From NCBI GenBank assembly GCA_963727485.1, contig CAVSGM010000011.1:832001-896000 (forward strand): a DNA stretch of 64,000 nucleotides, in the 5' to 3' direction. Origin of the DNA: an uncultured delta proteobacterium (GTDB lineage: Bacteria; Myxococcota; Myxococcia; SLRQ01). Position numbers and translations under genes: made by a program. Below, piece by piece: positions 1 through 11,148 of this stretch (positions within the stretch are counted from its first letter, which is position 1; each line of letters begins with the position of its first letter). The notes beneath the pieces were generated by a model that ran no database searches, was not told where the DNA came from, and saw only the letters and a program-made list of their open reading frames with translations.

Positions 1-199
1 CGGCGTGCGCGGCCAGGGCATGTGGCTCGGCCTCCTGGTCGAGTCCGGCGCCCGGGACCTCCTCGCCTCGGCCATGGAGGCCGGGGTCCTGGTCAACGCC
101 ATCGGCCAGACCATCCTCCGCCTCGCCCCGCCCCTCACCCTCACCGAGGCCGAGATCGACGAGGCGGTGGGGCGCCTCGCCCAGGCCTGGAACCGCTGA
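1..199 (+). CDS. argD: Acetylornithine aminotransferase (class III), C-terminal fragment
   Basis: VRGQGMWLGL...GVLVN...ILRLAPPLTLTEAEIDEA is a typical class-III aminotransferase C-terminus; its TGA overlaps the argF ATG (TGATG). Confidence 0.8.
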   Translation, partial: GVRGQGMWLGLLVESGARDLLASAMEAGVLVNAIGQTILRLAPPLTLTEAEIDEAVGRLAQAWNR

Positions 200-1113
200 T
201 GACCCACCTCCTGTCCCTGGCCGACCACGGCCGTAAGACCCTCGAGGCGCTCCTGGCCCGGGCCGTCGAGCTCAAGGCGCAGCGCCACGCGGGCACGCCC
301 CACACCCCGCTCACCGGCAAGAGCCTGGTGCTCATCTTCGAGAAGGCCTCCACCCGCACCCGGGTGAGCTTCGAGGTGGGCATGTACCAGCTCGGGGGAC
401 ACGCGGTGATCCTCTCGCCCCGGGACTCGCAGATCGGCCGGGGCGAGCCCCTCGAGGACACCGCCCGGGTCCTCTCGCGCTACGCCGACGGCATCGTCAT
501 CCGCACCTTCGACCAGGCCACCGTCGCCGCCTTCGCCGGCCACGCCACCGTCCCCGTGATCAACGGGCTGACCGACGCCCTGCACCCCTGCCAGGTCCTC
601 GCCGACCTCCAGACCATCGTCGAGCGCCGGGGCCCCCTGGAGGAGCAGGTGATCGCCTGGGTCGGCGACGGGAACAACATGGCCCACTCCTACCTCAACG
701 CCGCCCGGGTCCTGGGCTTCGAGCTGCGGCTGGCCTGCCCCGCGGGCTACCACCCCGAGGCCCGCTACCTCGACGGCGTCGCCACCGCCACCCTCACCGA
801 GGACCCGGCGGAGGCCGTCGACGGCGCCACGGTGGTGGTCACCGACGTCTGGGCGAGCATGGGCCAGGAGGCGGAGCAGCAGGCCCGGGAGCAGGCCTTC
901 GCCGGCTTCCGCCTCGACGACGCGCTCCTCGCCGGCGCCGCCGCCGACCACCTGGTGCTCCACTGCCTCCCGGCCCACCGGGGCGAGGAGATCAGCGCCG
1001 AGGTCCTCGAGGGCCCCCACTCGGCGGTCTTCGACGCCGCCGAGAACCGCCTCCACGTCCAGAAGGCGCTCCTCGAGTGGCTCCTGGCGCCGGAGGCCTC
1101 GCCGGTCCCCTGA
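199..1113 (+). CDS. argF: Ornithine carbamoyltransferase
   Basis: FEKASTRTRVSFE, HPCQ, GDGNN, DVWASMGQE and HCLP motifs; start moved to ATG 199. Confidence 0.96.
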   Translation: MTHLLSLADHGRKTLEALLARAVELKAQRHAGTPHTPLTGKSLVLIFEKASTRTRVSFEVGMYQLGGHAVILSPRDSQIGRGEPLEDTARVLSRYADGIVIRTFDQATVAAFAGHATVPVINGLTDALHPCQVLADLQTIVERRGPLEEQVIAWVGDGNNMAHSYLNAARVLGFELRLACPAGYHPEARYLDGVATATLTEDPAEAVDGATVVVTDVWASMGQEAEQQAREQAFAGFRLDDALLAGAAADHLVLHCLPAHRGEEISAEVLEGPHSAVFDAAENRLHVQKALLEWLLAPEASPVP

Positions 1114-1128
1114 GCGGGTCGCGGCGAC

Positions 1129-1764
1129 TCAGCGCTTGCGCGCCAGGGTCATCCCGTCGCGGACGCTGAGCATCACCTGCTCCACCCGGTCGTCGGCCTG
1201 CACCTTGTCGTTGAAGGCGCGGATGGCCCGGGTGGTCTCGGCGTCGTCGTCGCCGACCACCCGCCCGCTCCACAGGACGTTGTCGGCGACCAGGAGCCCG
1301 CCTTGCCGGAGCAGGGGCACCACCGCGTCGAAGTAGTCGGGGTAGTGCTCCTTGTCCGCGTCGACGAAGGCGAGGTCGAAGGGCCCCTCGAGGGTCTTCA
1401 GGGTGTCCAGGGCCGGCCCCAGGCGGATCTCGATCTTCTCCCCGTAGCCGCTCTCGTCGAAGTAGCGCCGGGCGATCTGCGCCACCTCGGCGTCGACGTC
1501 GCAGGTGACGAGGCGCCCGTCGCCCGGGAGCGCGCTGCCCATCATCAGGGCGCTGTAGCCGGTGAACATCCCGATCTCGAGGATGCGCCTCGCCCCGGTG
1601 AGCTGGACCAGGAGCTTGAGGAAGGTGCCCTCCACCGGGCCCACCTGCATCCCCGGGGCGCTGGTCTTCGCCCGGGTCTCCTCCCGGAGGCGGACGAAGA
1701 GGTCCCCCACGGGGGTGGTGTGGTCGGCGGCGTAGGCTTCGATCGCGTCGTCGAGGATGGCCAT
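1129..1764 (-). CDS. O-methyltransferase (caffeoyl-CoA/catechol OMT family)
   Basis: LEIGMFTGYSAL SAM motif, FDLAFVDADK, ADNVLWSG. Confidence 0.92.
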   Translation of the reverse strand: MAILDDAIEAYAADHTTPVGDLFVRLREETRAKTSAPGMQVGPVEGTFLKLLVQLTGARRILEIGMFTGYSALMMGSALPGDGRLVTCDVDAEVAQIARRYFDESGYGEKIEIRLGPALDTLKTLEGPFDLAFVDADKEHYPDYFDAVVPLLRQGGLLVADNVLWSGRVVGDDDAETTRAIRAFNDKVQADDRVEQVMLSVRDGMTLARKR

Positions 1765-1811
1765 GGACGAACCGTTAGCCCAGGGGCGACGCCGGGGCCA
1801 GCCCCACCGCC

Positions 1812-2426
1812 TCAGTGGATCCGCGGGCCCCAGGGGAGGGCGGCGACGACCTCGGCCTCCCGGGCGGTGAGCGCCTGGGCCCGGGCCGCGAGGGTGGCGG
1901 GGTCCACCAGGGAGCGGGCGAGGGCGACGAAGATGTCCCGGTGCCGGTGCTCGGCGGTGGCCAGCCCGGCGTAGAAGTCGGCGAGCCCCGGGTCGCGTGG
2001 GCGCAGGGCGTCGGCGAGGAGGTCCAGGCGCTCGGCGCTCCGGGCCTCGATGAGCCCGCTGACCAGCAGGAGGTCGAGCTGCCGGTCCGGCTCTCCCCGG
2101 CGCACCTCGGCGCGCAAGGCTTGCGCGTACGGGTCGCCGGCATCGCGGGTGGCCTGGCCCCCGGCCCGGCGGAGGCGCCGCCCGACCTCGACGAGGTGGC
2201 TGGTCTCCTCGTGGGCGAGGCGCGAGAGGTGGAGGACCAGGTCCTCCCGGTCGGGGTAGGCGCGGACCAGGGCCAGGGCGGTGGTCGCCGCCTTGCGCTC
2301 GCAGTGGAGGTGGTCGGCGAGGAGGGCCGGGAGGTCGGCGAGGGCGGCCCCGGTCCAGGCCGGATCGGTGGGGGTGAGGGGGTACACGGCGCCGGCGAGC
2401 CTACGGCAGCCGTGGACCCGTGTCAT
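1812..2426 (-). CDS. miaE: tRNA-(ms2io6A) hydroxylase, MiaE family
   Basis: DHLHCERKAA, EETSH, LIEARSAER and EHRH di-iron ligands. Confidence 0.88.
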   Translation of the reverse strand: MTRVHGCRRLAGAVYPLTPTDPAWTGAALADLPALLADHLHCERKAATTALALVRAYPDREDLVLHLSRLAHEETSHLVEVGRRLRRAGGQATRDAGDPYAQALRAEVRRGEPDRQLDLLLVSGLIEARSAERLDLLADALRPRDPGLADFYAGLATAEHRHRDIFVALARSLVDPATLAARAQALTAREAEVVAALPWGPRIH

Positions 2427-2505
2427 CCCGGGTCAGGGGCGCCGGGACGCCACGTTGACGCCCCTCCGGGAGTGTTCCTAAACTGGCGGAACATCAGCCG
2501 ATGGT

Positions 2506-3783
2506 TTGGGGGGGCACCCAGCAGTGGCGCAAAGTGACAGCATCCCGGGACTGGGCCGGCAATCCGATCCTCTGAGGCTCGCGCCCATCGATCCGTCCCG
2601 GCTCACCCTCACCCCCGAGGAGGGCTTCCTGCTCTCTCGCGCCCAGTCCTGCGCCAGCGTCGGCGAGCTCCTCGCGGCCTCCGGCCTCCCCGAGGCCAAG
2701 GCCATCCCCCTGGTCCGGGCCCTCAAGGACAAGGGCGTGCTCCTGACCAACGGCGCGGCCGGGGCTCCCCGGTCCGCCGACGTGGCCGGGGCGCAGGCGG
2801 CCTCCAAGAGCCGCTATGCCGGCTTCATCTTCAACCCCGCGGATCTCTCCGAGGACGTGGAGCTCCCCCTCGACCTGAAGAAGGAGCTGCTCTTCCTCCA
2901 CGCGCACATCGGGGACTGGACCCACTACGACTTCCTCGCGGTCCGGCCCAAGACCCCGGTGGACGCGATCCGCAAGGCCTACTTCGACCTCTCCCGGCGC
3001 TTCCACCCGGACCGCTACTACGGCAAGCGCCTCGGCAGCTACAAGGCCCGCCTCTCCCAGGTCTTCCAGCGCCTCCACGACGCCTACGACGTGCTCTCCA
3101 ACCCCGAGCGCAAGCGCGCCTACGACGCCGAGACCGACATCCCCCTCACCGCCGAGGAGCTCCAGGAGCTCGAGGCGGCCCAGTCCCGGCGCCTCGACGA
3201 GGCGCGGCGGGCCGAGGAGCGCCGGGCGCGTCTCAAGCGCCACTCGCCCCTCGGCCGCAACAAGGGCAAGGCCCGGCAGCTCCGGGAGGAGGCGGCGAAG
3301 GCCGAGGCGGCCGGCGACCTCAAGCACGCCGCCAGCCTCCTCCAGCTCGCCGCCACCTTCAATCCCCTGAACGCCGAGCTCGCCCGCCAGCGGGACGCCG
3401 CCTCCGAGGTGGCCAAGGAGACCCAGCTCGAGGAGCTGATGGTCAAGGTCAACGCCGCCGACGTCATGGGCAACACCGATCTCGCCGAGGCCCACCTCCG
3501 CGCCGCGGTGGCCCTCGACGCCTCCGACCCCCGGGCCCACGTGGCCCTGGCCCGCGCCCTCCTGAAGCGGGGCCGGAACGCCGACGAGGTGGTGGCCCTG
3601 GCCCTCGCCGCCACCGAGCGTGGCCGCCGCAACCCCGAGGCGTTCACGGTGCTGGGGCAGGCCCACCTCGCCGCCGGGGACAAGAAGGCCGCCCGCACCG
3701 CCTTCCAGCGCGCCGTGGACCTCGATCCCACCGCCGACGAAGCCAAGGAGGGGCTCAAGACCCTCCGGTGGAGCCTCTTCTAG
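2506..3783 (+). CDS. J-domain protein with N-terminal winged-helix-like segment and C-terminal TPRs
   Basis: HYDFL...IRKAYFDLSRRFHPD...AYDVLSNPERKRAYD J-domain with HPD; TPR-like repeats; exact start uncertain. Confidence 0.88.
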   Translation: MGGHPAVAQSDSIPGLGRQSDPLRLAPIDPSRLTLTPEEGFLLSRAQSCASVGELLAASGLPEAKAIPLVRALKDKGVLLTNGAAGAPRSADVAGAQAASKSRYAGFIFNPADLSEDVELPLDLKKELLFLHAHIGDWTHYDFLAVRPKTPVDAIRKAYFDLSRRFHPDRYYGKRLGSYKARLSQVFQRLHDAYDVLSNPERKRAYDAETDIPLTAEELQELEAAQSRRLDEARRAEERRARLKRHSPLGRNKGKARQLREEAAKAEAAGDLKHAASLLQLAATFNPLNAELARQRDAASEVAKETQLEELMVKVNAADVMGNTDLAEAHLRAAVALDASDPRAHVALARALLKRGRNADEVVALALAATERGRRNPEAFTVLGQAHLAAGDKKAARTAFQRAVDLDPTADEAKEGLKTLRWSLF

Positions 3784-3791
3784 GAGCATCA

Positions 3792-5633
3792 ATGGAACCG
3801 GTCATCGGCATCGATCTGGGCACCACCAACAGCTGCGTCGCGTCGGTCGTCGACGGGGTGCCCACGGTGTTCGCCAACAAGGGCGGGTACAAGACCACGC
3901 CCTCGGTCTTCGCGGTCGCGGGCAACGGGCGGCGCCTGGTGGGGCACATCGCCAAGCGCCAGGCGGTCACCAACCCCGAGAACACGGTCGCCGGGGTCAA
4001 GCGCCTCATCGGACGGCCCTGGGAGAGCCAGGAGCGCCAGCGCGCCGAGGAGACCGTGCCCTACGGCCTCGTCGAGGGCCCCAATGGTGACATCCGGATC
4101 TCCATCAGCGGCCAGACCTACGCGGTGCCCGAGATCTCCGCCCAGGTGCTCATCGAGATGAAGCAGGTGGCCGAGGCGGCGCTCCAGCAGTCGGTCCGTC
4201 AGGCGGTGATCACCGTCCCCGCCTACTTCAACGACGGGCAGCGTCAAGCCACCAAGGACGCCGGGCGCATCGCCGGCCTCGATGTCATCCGCATCGTCAA
4301 CGAGCCCACCGCGGCGGCCCTGGCCTACGGCTTCGGCAAGCACCTCGAGCGCAAGGTGGCCGTCTACGATCTCGGCGGGGGCACCTTCGACGTCTCCATC
4401 CTCCACATCGCCGACGGCATCTTCGACGTCATCGCCACCTCCGGGGACACCTACCTCGGCGGCGAGGACTTCGACGAGCGGATCATCGAGTGGCTGGTGT
4501 TCAACTTCGCCAAGGAGCACCGGGTCGACCTTCGCCGCGACCGCATGGCCCTCCAGCGTCTCAAGGACGCCGCCGAGAAGGCCAAGATCGAGCTCTCCGG
4601 CACCTCCAACGCGGACATCAACCTGCCGTTCATCTTCTCCACCGGGAAGAACGACGCCCTCCACCTCCAGCGGGCGCTCACCCGGGACAAGCTCGAGGAC
4701 CTGGTCGACGACCTGGTGGAGCGGACCCTGGTGATCTGCGAGCGCACCCTCCAGGAGGCGGGGCTCGGCAAGGACGACATCGACGAGGTGATCCTCGTCG
4801 GCGGCCAGACGCGGATGCCCCGGATCCAGGCCAAGGTCGGCCAGATGTTCAACCGGGAGCCGTGCAAGGGCGTGCACCCCGACGAGGTGGTCGCCCTCGG
4901 CGCCGCCATCCAGGGCAGCGTGCTCACCCAGGGCGACACCGACATGCTCCTCCTCGACGTGACCCCCATGAGCCTGGGGATCATGATCGTCGGCGGCTAC
5001 TTCCAGGTGCTCATCGACAAGAACACCACCGTCCCCACCAGCGCCACCCACACCTTCACCACGGTCAAGGACAACCAGACCCTGGTGAAGATCATGGTCT
5101 TCCAGGGCGAGAGCGAGGTGGCCAGCGAGAACGAGCTCCTCGGGGAGTTCATCCTCACCGGCCTGCGCGAGGCGCCCCGGGGCGAGGTGGAGATCGAGGT
5201 CACCTTCGAGATCAGCGCCGACGGCATCGTCGGGGTCCGGGCCAAGGACACCGAGACCGGACAGCAGCAGGCGATCACCGTCACCGCCACCCACGGGCTC
5301 TCGGAGTCCGAGATCGCCGAGATCGTCGACCAGAACGCCGACTACCTCCTCGAGGCCAAGGAGGACCAGCGCTTCGACTCGATCCGCACCGACGCCGAGC
5401 GGCTGCTGCGGGACATCGACAAGCTCTTCCCCAAGGTCCGGGAGGTGGTCTCCGGCTCCGACTTCGGGGCCGACGCCCTGAAGAAGGCCGAGACCACCAT
5501 CTCCCGCGCCCGGGTCGCCATCGAGGCCCGGGACCTCGAGGCGCTGGAGAGCGCCTGCGAGGCCCTGGAGCGCACGCTCAACATGTTCAAGGGCGTCGTG
5601 GAGCGGATCGGCGGCGCCCAGACCGGGTCCTAG
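3792..5633 (+). CDS. dnaK: Hsp70/DnaK-family chaperone (probably a specialised paralog)
   Basis: [50 protein letters not shown] before ATG 3792. Confidence 0.95.
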   Translation: MEPVIGIDLGTTNSCVASVVDGVPTVFANKGGYKTTPSVFAVAGNGRRLVGHIAKRQAVTNPENTVAGVKRLIGRPWESQERQRAEETVPYGLVEGPNGDIRISISGQTYAVPEISAQVLIEMKQVAEAALQQSVRQAVITVPAYFNDGQRQATKDAGRIAGLDVIRIVNEPTAAALAYGFGKHLERKVAVYDLGGGTFDVSILHIADGIFDVIATSGDTYLGGEDFDERIIEWLVFNFAKEHRVDLRRDRMALQRLKDAAEKAKIELSGTSNADINLPFIFSTGKNDALHLQRALTRDKLEDLVDDLVERTLVICERTLQEAGLGKDDIDEVILVGGQTRMPRIQAKVGQMFNREPCKGVHPDEVVALGAAIQGSVLTQGDTDMLLLDVTPMSLGIMIVGGYFQVLIDKNTTVPTSATHTFTTVKDNQTLVKIMVFQGESEVASENELLGEFILTGLREAPRGEVEIEVTFEISADGIVGVRAKDTETGQQQAITVTATHGLSESEIAEIVDQNADYLLEAKEDQRFDSIRTDAERLLRDIDKLFPKVREVVSGSDFGADALKKAETTISRARVAIEARDLEALESACEALERTLNMFKGVVERIGGAQTGS

Positions 5634-5640
5634 GAACCGC

Positions 5641-6654
5641 ATGTCCACGACGGCACGGGTGCGCAGCCTCCTCGAGGCGGGGATGAAGGCCTACGCGGGT
5701 GGGCGGACCGAGGACGCCCGGGCGGCCTTCGAGGAGGCTCTGCGTCTCGACCCCGAGAGCCCCCAGGCGAAGAACCTGGTGCGGCGGCTCTTCCCCGGCG
5801 GCGTGCAGGCGCCGGCGGCCCCGGCTTCGGCCCCGGCCCCGGCCCCGGCCCCGGCCCCGGCCGCACCGGCCGCACCGGCCGCATTGGCCCCGGCCGCACC
5901 GGCCGCCGCGCCCTCACCCTGGGTCGAGGACGGGCCGCATCCGGACGACCCGGCCCAGCCGCCCATCGAGGCGACCCAGCCCTGGGGCTTCGAGGGCGAC
6001 GAGGTCCCCCAGCTCGACTGGGGCGAGAGCCTCGAGGACGCCTGGGGGCCCGGCGACCCCGCCGGCCCGGGCGATGCCCCCGAGGCCAGCGTCGATCCCA
6101 GCGCCCTCGCCGACGGACCCGAGAGCCCCTGGGACGAGGGGGCGGTGCTCCAGTCCCCCCAGGCCCCGGGCCTCGACCTCCTCGTCGACGACGCCCCCGC
6201 AGCCCCGGCCGCCCCCGAGACCCCGGCCGCGCCGGCCGCCCTGGCACCGGCCCCGGCCCCCTCCGCCGACGCCGACGAGGTCGCCCAGCTCATGGACGGG
6301 GCCCGGGAGCTCTTCGAGCTCGCCGACTTCACCGGCTCCCTGGAGCTGGTGGAGAAGGCCCTCGAGCTCGACCCGGAGAACGCCGAGGCCCAGGACTACC
6401 TGAACCGGAACGAGGGCACCCTCATCCAGATGTACGAGTCCAAGATCGGGCCCCTCGATGCCCACCCCCAGGTCGCCATCAACCCCGACGAGGTGGTGTG
6501 GCTCAACCTCGACCACCGGGCGGGGTTCGTCCTGGCCCAGATCGACGGCTCGGTGACCTACGAGGACGTCTTCGCCCTGTCGGGGATGAGCCGGCTGGAC
6601 ACCTGCCGGATCCTGGCCCAGCTCATCGACGAGAAGGTCATCGTCGCCGAGTGA
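5641..6654 (+). CDS. TPR protein with Pro/Ala linker and C-terminal winged-helix-like domain
   Basis: Two TPR-like units, APAPAP low-complexity linker, C-terminal LDHRAGFVLAQIDGSVTYEDVFALSGM. Confidence 0.78.
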   Translation: MSTTARVRSLLEAGMKAYAGGRTEDARAAFEEALRLDPESPQAKNLVRRLFPGGVQAPAAPASAPAPAPAPAPAAPAAPAALAPAAPAAAPSPWVEDGPHPDDPAQPPIEATQPWGFEGDEVPQLDWGESLEDAWGPGDPAGPGDAPEASVDPSALADGPESPWDEGAVLQSPQAPGLDLLVDDAPAAPAAPETPAAPAALAPAPAPSADADEVAQLMDGARELFELADFTGSLELVEKALELDPENAEAQDYLNRNEGTLIQMYESKIGPLDAHPQVAINPDEVVWLNLDHRAGFVLAQIDGSVTYEDVFALSGMSRLDTCRILAQLIDEKVIVAE

Positions 6655-6711
6655 GGCGGCGCCCGGGGCGGGGGCGCCGGCCAGGGCCAGGGGGCAGGGG
6701 GCTTCCCGCGG

Positions 6712-6740
6712 TTGACGCGCGGGCCCCGGCTGCGCAGGAT
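6712..6740 (+). promoter_or_regulatory. Putative sigma70 promoter of argG (leaderless spacing)
   Basis: TTGACG-N17-CAGGAT, then 7 nt to ATG 6748. Confidence 0.5.
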
Positions 6741-6747
6741 GCGCGCC

Positions 6748-7977
<1,230 letters not shown>

Positions 7978-8121
7978 GGATCCCGGGGCGATGTGGCGGG
8001 TGTCGCCCGGGGAGCTCCTGGGCCTGACATCCGGGGCACCCGGGTTGCGGACCGGTGACGAAAGGGGGTAGACCATCCCCCTCGCCGCACCGCGTCACGC
8101 CGTCACCCGGGGGGATCGCCC

Positions 8122-8784
8122 ATGTCCGCGCCCACACTCCTGCTTCGAGTCCGCGAGCCCGCAGAGCTCCTCTGCCTGCGCCTGGCCGACCTGCCCTTCG
8201 GCGGGCTCTTCGTCCCCGGCGCCGCCGCCGCCGAGACCGAGGCCGGGGACCCGGTGGTCATCCGGGTCGAGGTCCCGGGTCACGAGGCGGTGAGCCTCCC
8301 CGGCGCGGTGGTCTTCCACCGGGCGGCCGGCGGCGACCGCCCCGACGGCGTGGGCGTGGGCCTCTTCTCCCACGCGGGCCACCGCCTCGAGGCCCTCGTC
8401 GAGGCCCTCGAGGGCTCGGTGACCGAGCTCGCCGCCCGCCGGGCCCACCGCCACCCCACGGTGCTCCCGGTGACCCTCACCGGCGCCGGGGACCGGGCCC
8501 TGAACCTCTCGCTCGGGGGCATGTTCGTCGCCACCGCAAGCGAGGTCGCCGTGGGCGCCGAGGTGCCCTTCGAGCTCCACCTCCCCGGCGAGGCGGCCCT
8601 CCCGCTCCACGGTGAGGTCACCTGGAAGGGCCACTGGGCCGGGCACCGGGGCGTGGGCGTGCGCTTCCTCTGGCGCGAGCCCGCGGCCCGCAGCCGCCTG
8701 GCCGCCTACCTCGACGCGGTGGCGCCCGAGGCGGTGTCCAGCGGATCGTCCTCGGTCTCGTCGGTCTCGCGCCGGGCCTTGTAG
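8122..8784 (+). CDS. Tandem PilZ-domain protein
   Basis: Second domain has RRAHR (RxxxR), NLSLGG (NxSxxG) and GVGVRF; first domain is PilZ-like (GGLFV...GVGVGL). Confidence 0.8.
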   Translation: MSAPTLLLRVREPAELLCLRLADLPFGGLFVPGAAAAETEAGDPVVIRVEVPGHEAVSLPGAVVFHRAAGGDRPDGVGVGLFSHAGHRLEALVEALEGSVTELAARRAHRHPTVLPVTLTGAGDRALNLSLGGMFVATASEVAVGAEVPFELHLPGEAALPLHGEVTWKGHWAGHRGVGVRFLWREPAARSRLAAYLDAVAPEAVSSGSSSVSSVSRRAL

Positions 8785-9983
8785 TAGGCCCGCACGTAGT
8801 CGGTGAGCCGGTCGAGGTAGCGCTCCAGCGGCGGGCACTGCACCCCGGTTCCGTCGAGGCGCTCCAGGGTGTTGTGGCTGTTGAAGATGACCAGCTGGTT
8901 CACGTAGGCCACCGCCTGGCGCTGCTGGCGGATGAGCCGCTCGATGCCCGGCAGCCGCATCAGCGCGTCGGTGAGCTTGTACGACAGCGTCACCCGGGGC
9001 AGGCGCTTGCCCGCGCGCTCGGCGATGAGCTCGTAGACCCGCCGGCTGCTCATGGGGTTGGGGTCGACGAGGTGGAAGGTACGCCCCTCGGCCTTCGGGT
9101 CGTCGCCGAGGGTGAGGATGGCGTCGACCACGAAGTCCACGGGCACCGCGTTGAGCGGCGCCGACCCGTCGCCGGGCAGCGGTAGGGGCACCGCGAGCGG
9201 CGAGGTGACCAGGAGGATGCCGAGGTAGTAGGGCCCCTCGAAGCGGTCGATCTCGCCGGTGCGCGAGTCGCCGACGACGATGCTCGGCCGGTAGACGCTG
9301 ATGGGCAGGCCGGCCATGGCGTCGCGGACCATCACCTCCGCCTCGTACTTCGTCTCCTCGTAGGCGTTTCTGAAGTGCTGGCCCATCTCCAGCTCGTCCT
9401 CGGCGATGACCCCGGTGCGGTCGCCGCAGACGTAGGCGCTCGACATGTAGTTGAGGCGCCGCAGCTTCTTCATCTCCCGGCACATCTCCAGGACCCGCCG
9501 GGTGCCGTCGACGTTCACCCGCCGGGCGTGCTCCTTGCGGACCCCGAGGTAGTAGATGGCCGCGAGGTGGAAGACGTCGGTGACCTCCTCGATGAGCCGG
9601 CCCCACTCCTCGCCGGAGAGGCCCAGGTCCATGTCGACGATGTCGCCGACCAGGACCTCGATGGGGGCCCGGCGCCCACGCCTCGCGATGGCGGCGACGT
9701 AGCCCTCGGCGTCCTTGGCGAACTTCTCCTGGACCAGGACGTAGATCTTCGCGTCGGGCTGCCGCTCGGCCAGCGCCTCGACCAGGCGCTTGCCGATGAA
9801 GCCCGGGTACCCGGTGACGAAGTGGACCCGGCCGGCGCCGGTGCCCTTGCCGCCCTTGGTGCGCGCCGGGGTGCGGCGGGTCGTCTGCTTGCGCGTGGCC
9901 TTCTTGGTCGCCTTGCCGGCCGACGCCCGCTTCGAGGTGCCGCCGGTCTTCCGCCGGGGCGTCTTCTTGCTAGTCGTCGGCAT
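8706..9983 (-). CDS. Extended SDR / male-sterility-type NAD(P)-binding oxidoreductase with Lys-rich N-terminus
   Basis: TGYPGFIG, HLAAIY, YEETK (YxxxK), RPSIVVGDS. Confidence 0.9.
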   Translation of the reverse strand: MPTTSKKTPRRKTGGTSKRASAGKATKKATRKQTTRRTPARTKGGKGTGAGRVHFVTGYPGFIGKRLVEALAERQPDAKIYVLVQEKFAKDAEGYVAAIARRGRRAPIEVLVGDIVDMDLGLSGEEWGRLIEEVTDVFHLAAIYYLGVRKEHARRVNVDGTRRVLEMCREMKKLRRLNYMSSAYVCGDRTGVIAEDELEMGQHFRNAYEETKYEAEVMVRDAMAGLPISVYRPSIVVGDSRTGEIDRFEGPYYLGILLVTSPLAVPLPLPGDGSAPLNAVPVDFVVDAILTLGDDPKAEGRTFHLVDPNPMSSRRVYELIAERAGKRLPRVTLSYKLTDALMRLPGIERLIRQQRQAVAYVNQLVIFNSHNTLERLDGTGVQCPPLERYLDRLTDYVRAYYKARRETDETEDDPLDTASGATASR

Positions 9984-10593
9984 CGGAGGTGAGCTCGCGC
10001 CAGATCGCGTCGACCTGCGATCGAGTCTCTTCCAGGGTCCCGTCGTTGTCCACCACGTAGTCGGCGACCTTCACCTTCTCCGCGAGCGGGAGCTGGGCGG
10101 CGAGGCGCCTGTGGGCCTCGTCCTCGGAGAGACCGTCGCGCTCGACCACCCGCTCGACCTGCGTCTTGGGGGCGCTGGCGACCACGATGAGGGCGTCGAG
10201 GCCCTCGTAGAGGCGGTTCTCCACGATGAGCGCCGCCTCGTAGACGACCACCGGCACCCCGGCCGCCCGGGCGGCCTCGGTCTCCCGAGCGGCGACGGCG
10301 CCGATGCGCGGGTGGGTGATGGCCTCGAGGTCCCGGCGGGCGGCGGGGTCGGCGAAGACCAGGGCGCCGAGGGCGGGGCGATCGAGGTTCCCGTCGAGGT
10401 CGAAGACCCCCTGGCCGAAGCGGGCGCGGATCGCCTCGAGGGCCTCGCTCCCCGGGGCCACCACCTCCCGGGCGATGCGGTCGGCGTCGACGATGCGGGC
10501 GCCGTGGGCCTCGAGCATCCGCGCCACGGTGCTCTTCCCGGAGCCGATGCCGCCCGTGAGGCCGACGACGAGGGTGCGCGCCACGCCGGTCAC
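9970..10593 (-). CDS. coaE: Dephospho-CoA kinase
   Basis: GLTGGIGSGKSTV, DADRIAREVV, LEAITHPRI. Confidence 0.96.
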   Translation of the reverse strand: MTGVARTLVVGLTGGIGSGKSTVARMLEAHGARIVDADRIAREVVAPGSEALEAIRARFGQGVFDLDGNLDRPALGALVFADPAARRDLEAITHPRIGAVAARETEAARAAGVPVVVYEAALIVENRLYEGLDALIVVASAPKTQVERVVERDGLSEDEAHRRLAAQLPLAEKVKVADYVVDNDGTLEETRSQVDAIWRELTSDADD

Positions 10594-11051
10594 CCGCGGC
10601 TGGCGCCGGGCACCGTGTAGATGAACGAGTAGACGGTCTTGGCGTCGCCGTTGAGGAAGACCACCAGCCCGCGCTTCCCGTACCAGTAGTAGGTGTGGAA
10701 GTCGTCGGTGAGGCGCTTGACGTAGTCCTTGCCGAAGGTGCTCTGGACCACGTCGACCGGGACCACGTTCTTGGGAAAGACGTGGATCTCCTGCACCACG
10801 CCCTTGTCGTTGAAGTAGAAGTTCGCCTGCTTGGTGCCCTTGATCGCCTGGGCGCCCTGGTAGGAGAACACCGCCCGGCCCTTGTCCTTGAGGCGCTTGG
10901 ACGGCGGCCCGAAGCGCTTGAGCACGGCCTTCTCGGTGGAGGTGCCCGGGGCGATGCCGTTCCAGGTCTCGGCGTGGGCCGCGGAGATCGGGACGGCCAG
11001 GACGAGGGCGGCGAGGAGCACGCGGGAGGCCATCCGGCGGGGTGACGGCAT
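10590..11051 (-). CDS. Hypothetical secreted protein
   Basis: Signal peptide (LLAALVLAVPISAAHA); coupled to coaE; strong GC3 bias. Confidence 0.75.
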   Translation of the reverse strand: MPSPRRMASRVLLAALVLAVPISAAHAETWNGIAPGTSTEKAVLKRFGPPSKRLKDKGRAVFSYQGAQAIKGTKQANFYFNDKGVVQEIHVFPKNVVPVDVVQSTFGKDYVKRLTDDFHTYYWYGKRGLVVFLNGDAKTVYSFIYTVPGASRG

Positions 11052-11058
11052 GGCTCGG

Positions 11059-11087
11059 GAAATAGCAAGAACCCCTTGTGGTGTCAA
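11059..11087 (-). promoter_or_regulatory. Putative sigma70 promoter of the hypothetical-coaE-SDR operon
   Basis: TTGACA-N17-TATTTC, then 7 nt to ATG 11051 on the minus strand. Confidence 0.55.
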
Positions 11088-11148
11088 ACGGTTACCCCGA
11101 CTGCCGCTTGACCCGGGCCGGTCTTCGTGGGATAGCGCCGGGAGCGCC

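Noticed and set aside
3789..5648. 619-aa ORF antisense to dnaK
   Set aside because: A well-known antisense shadow of dnaK in GC-rich genomes; no independent motifs
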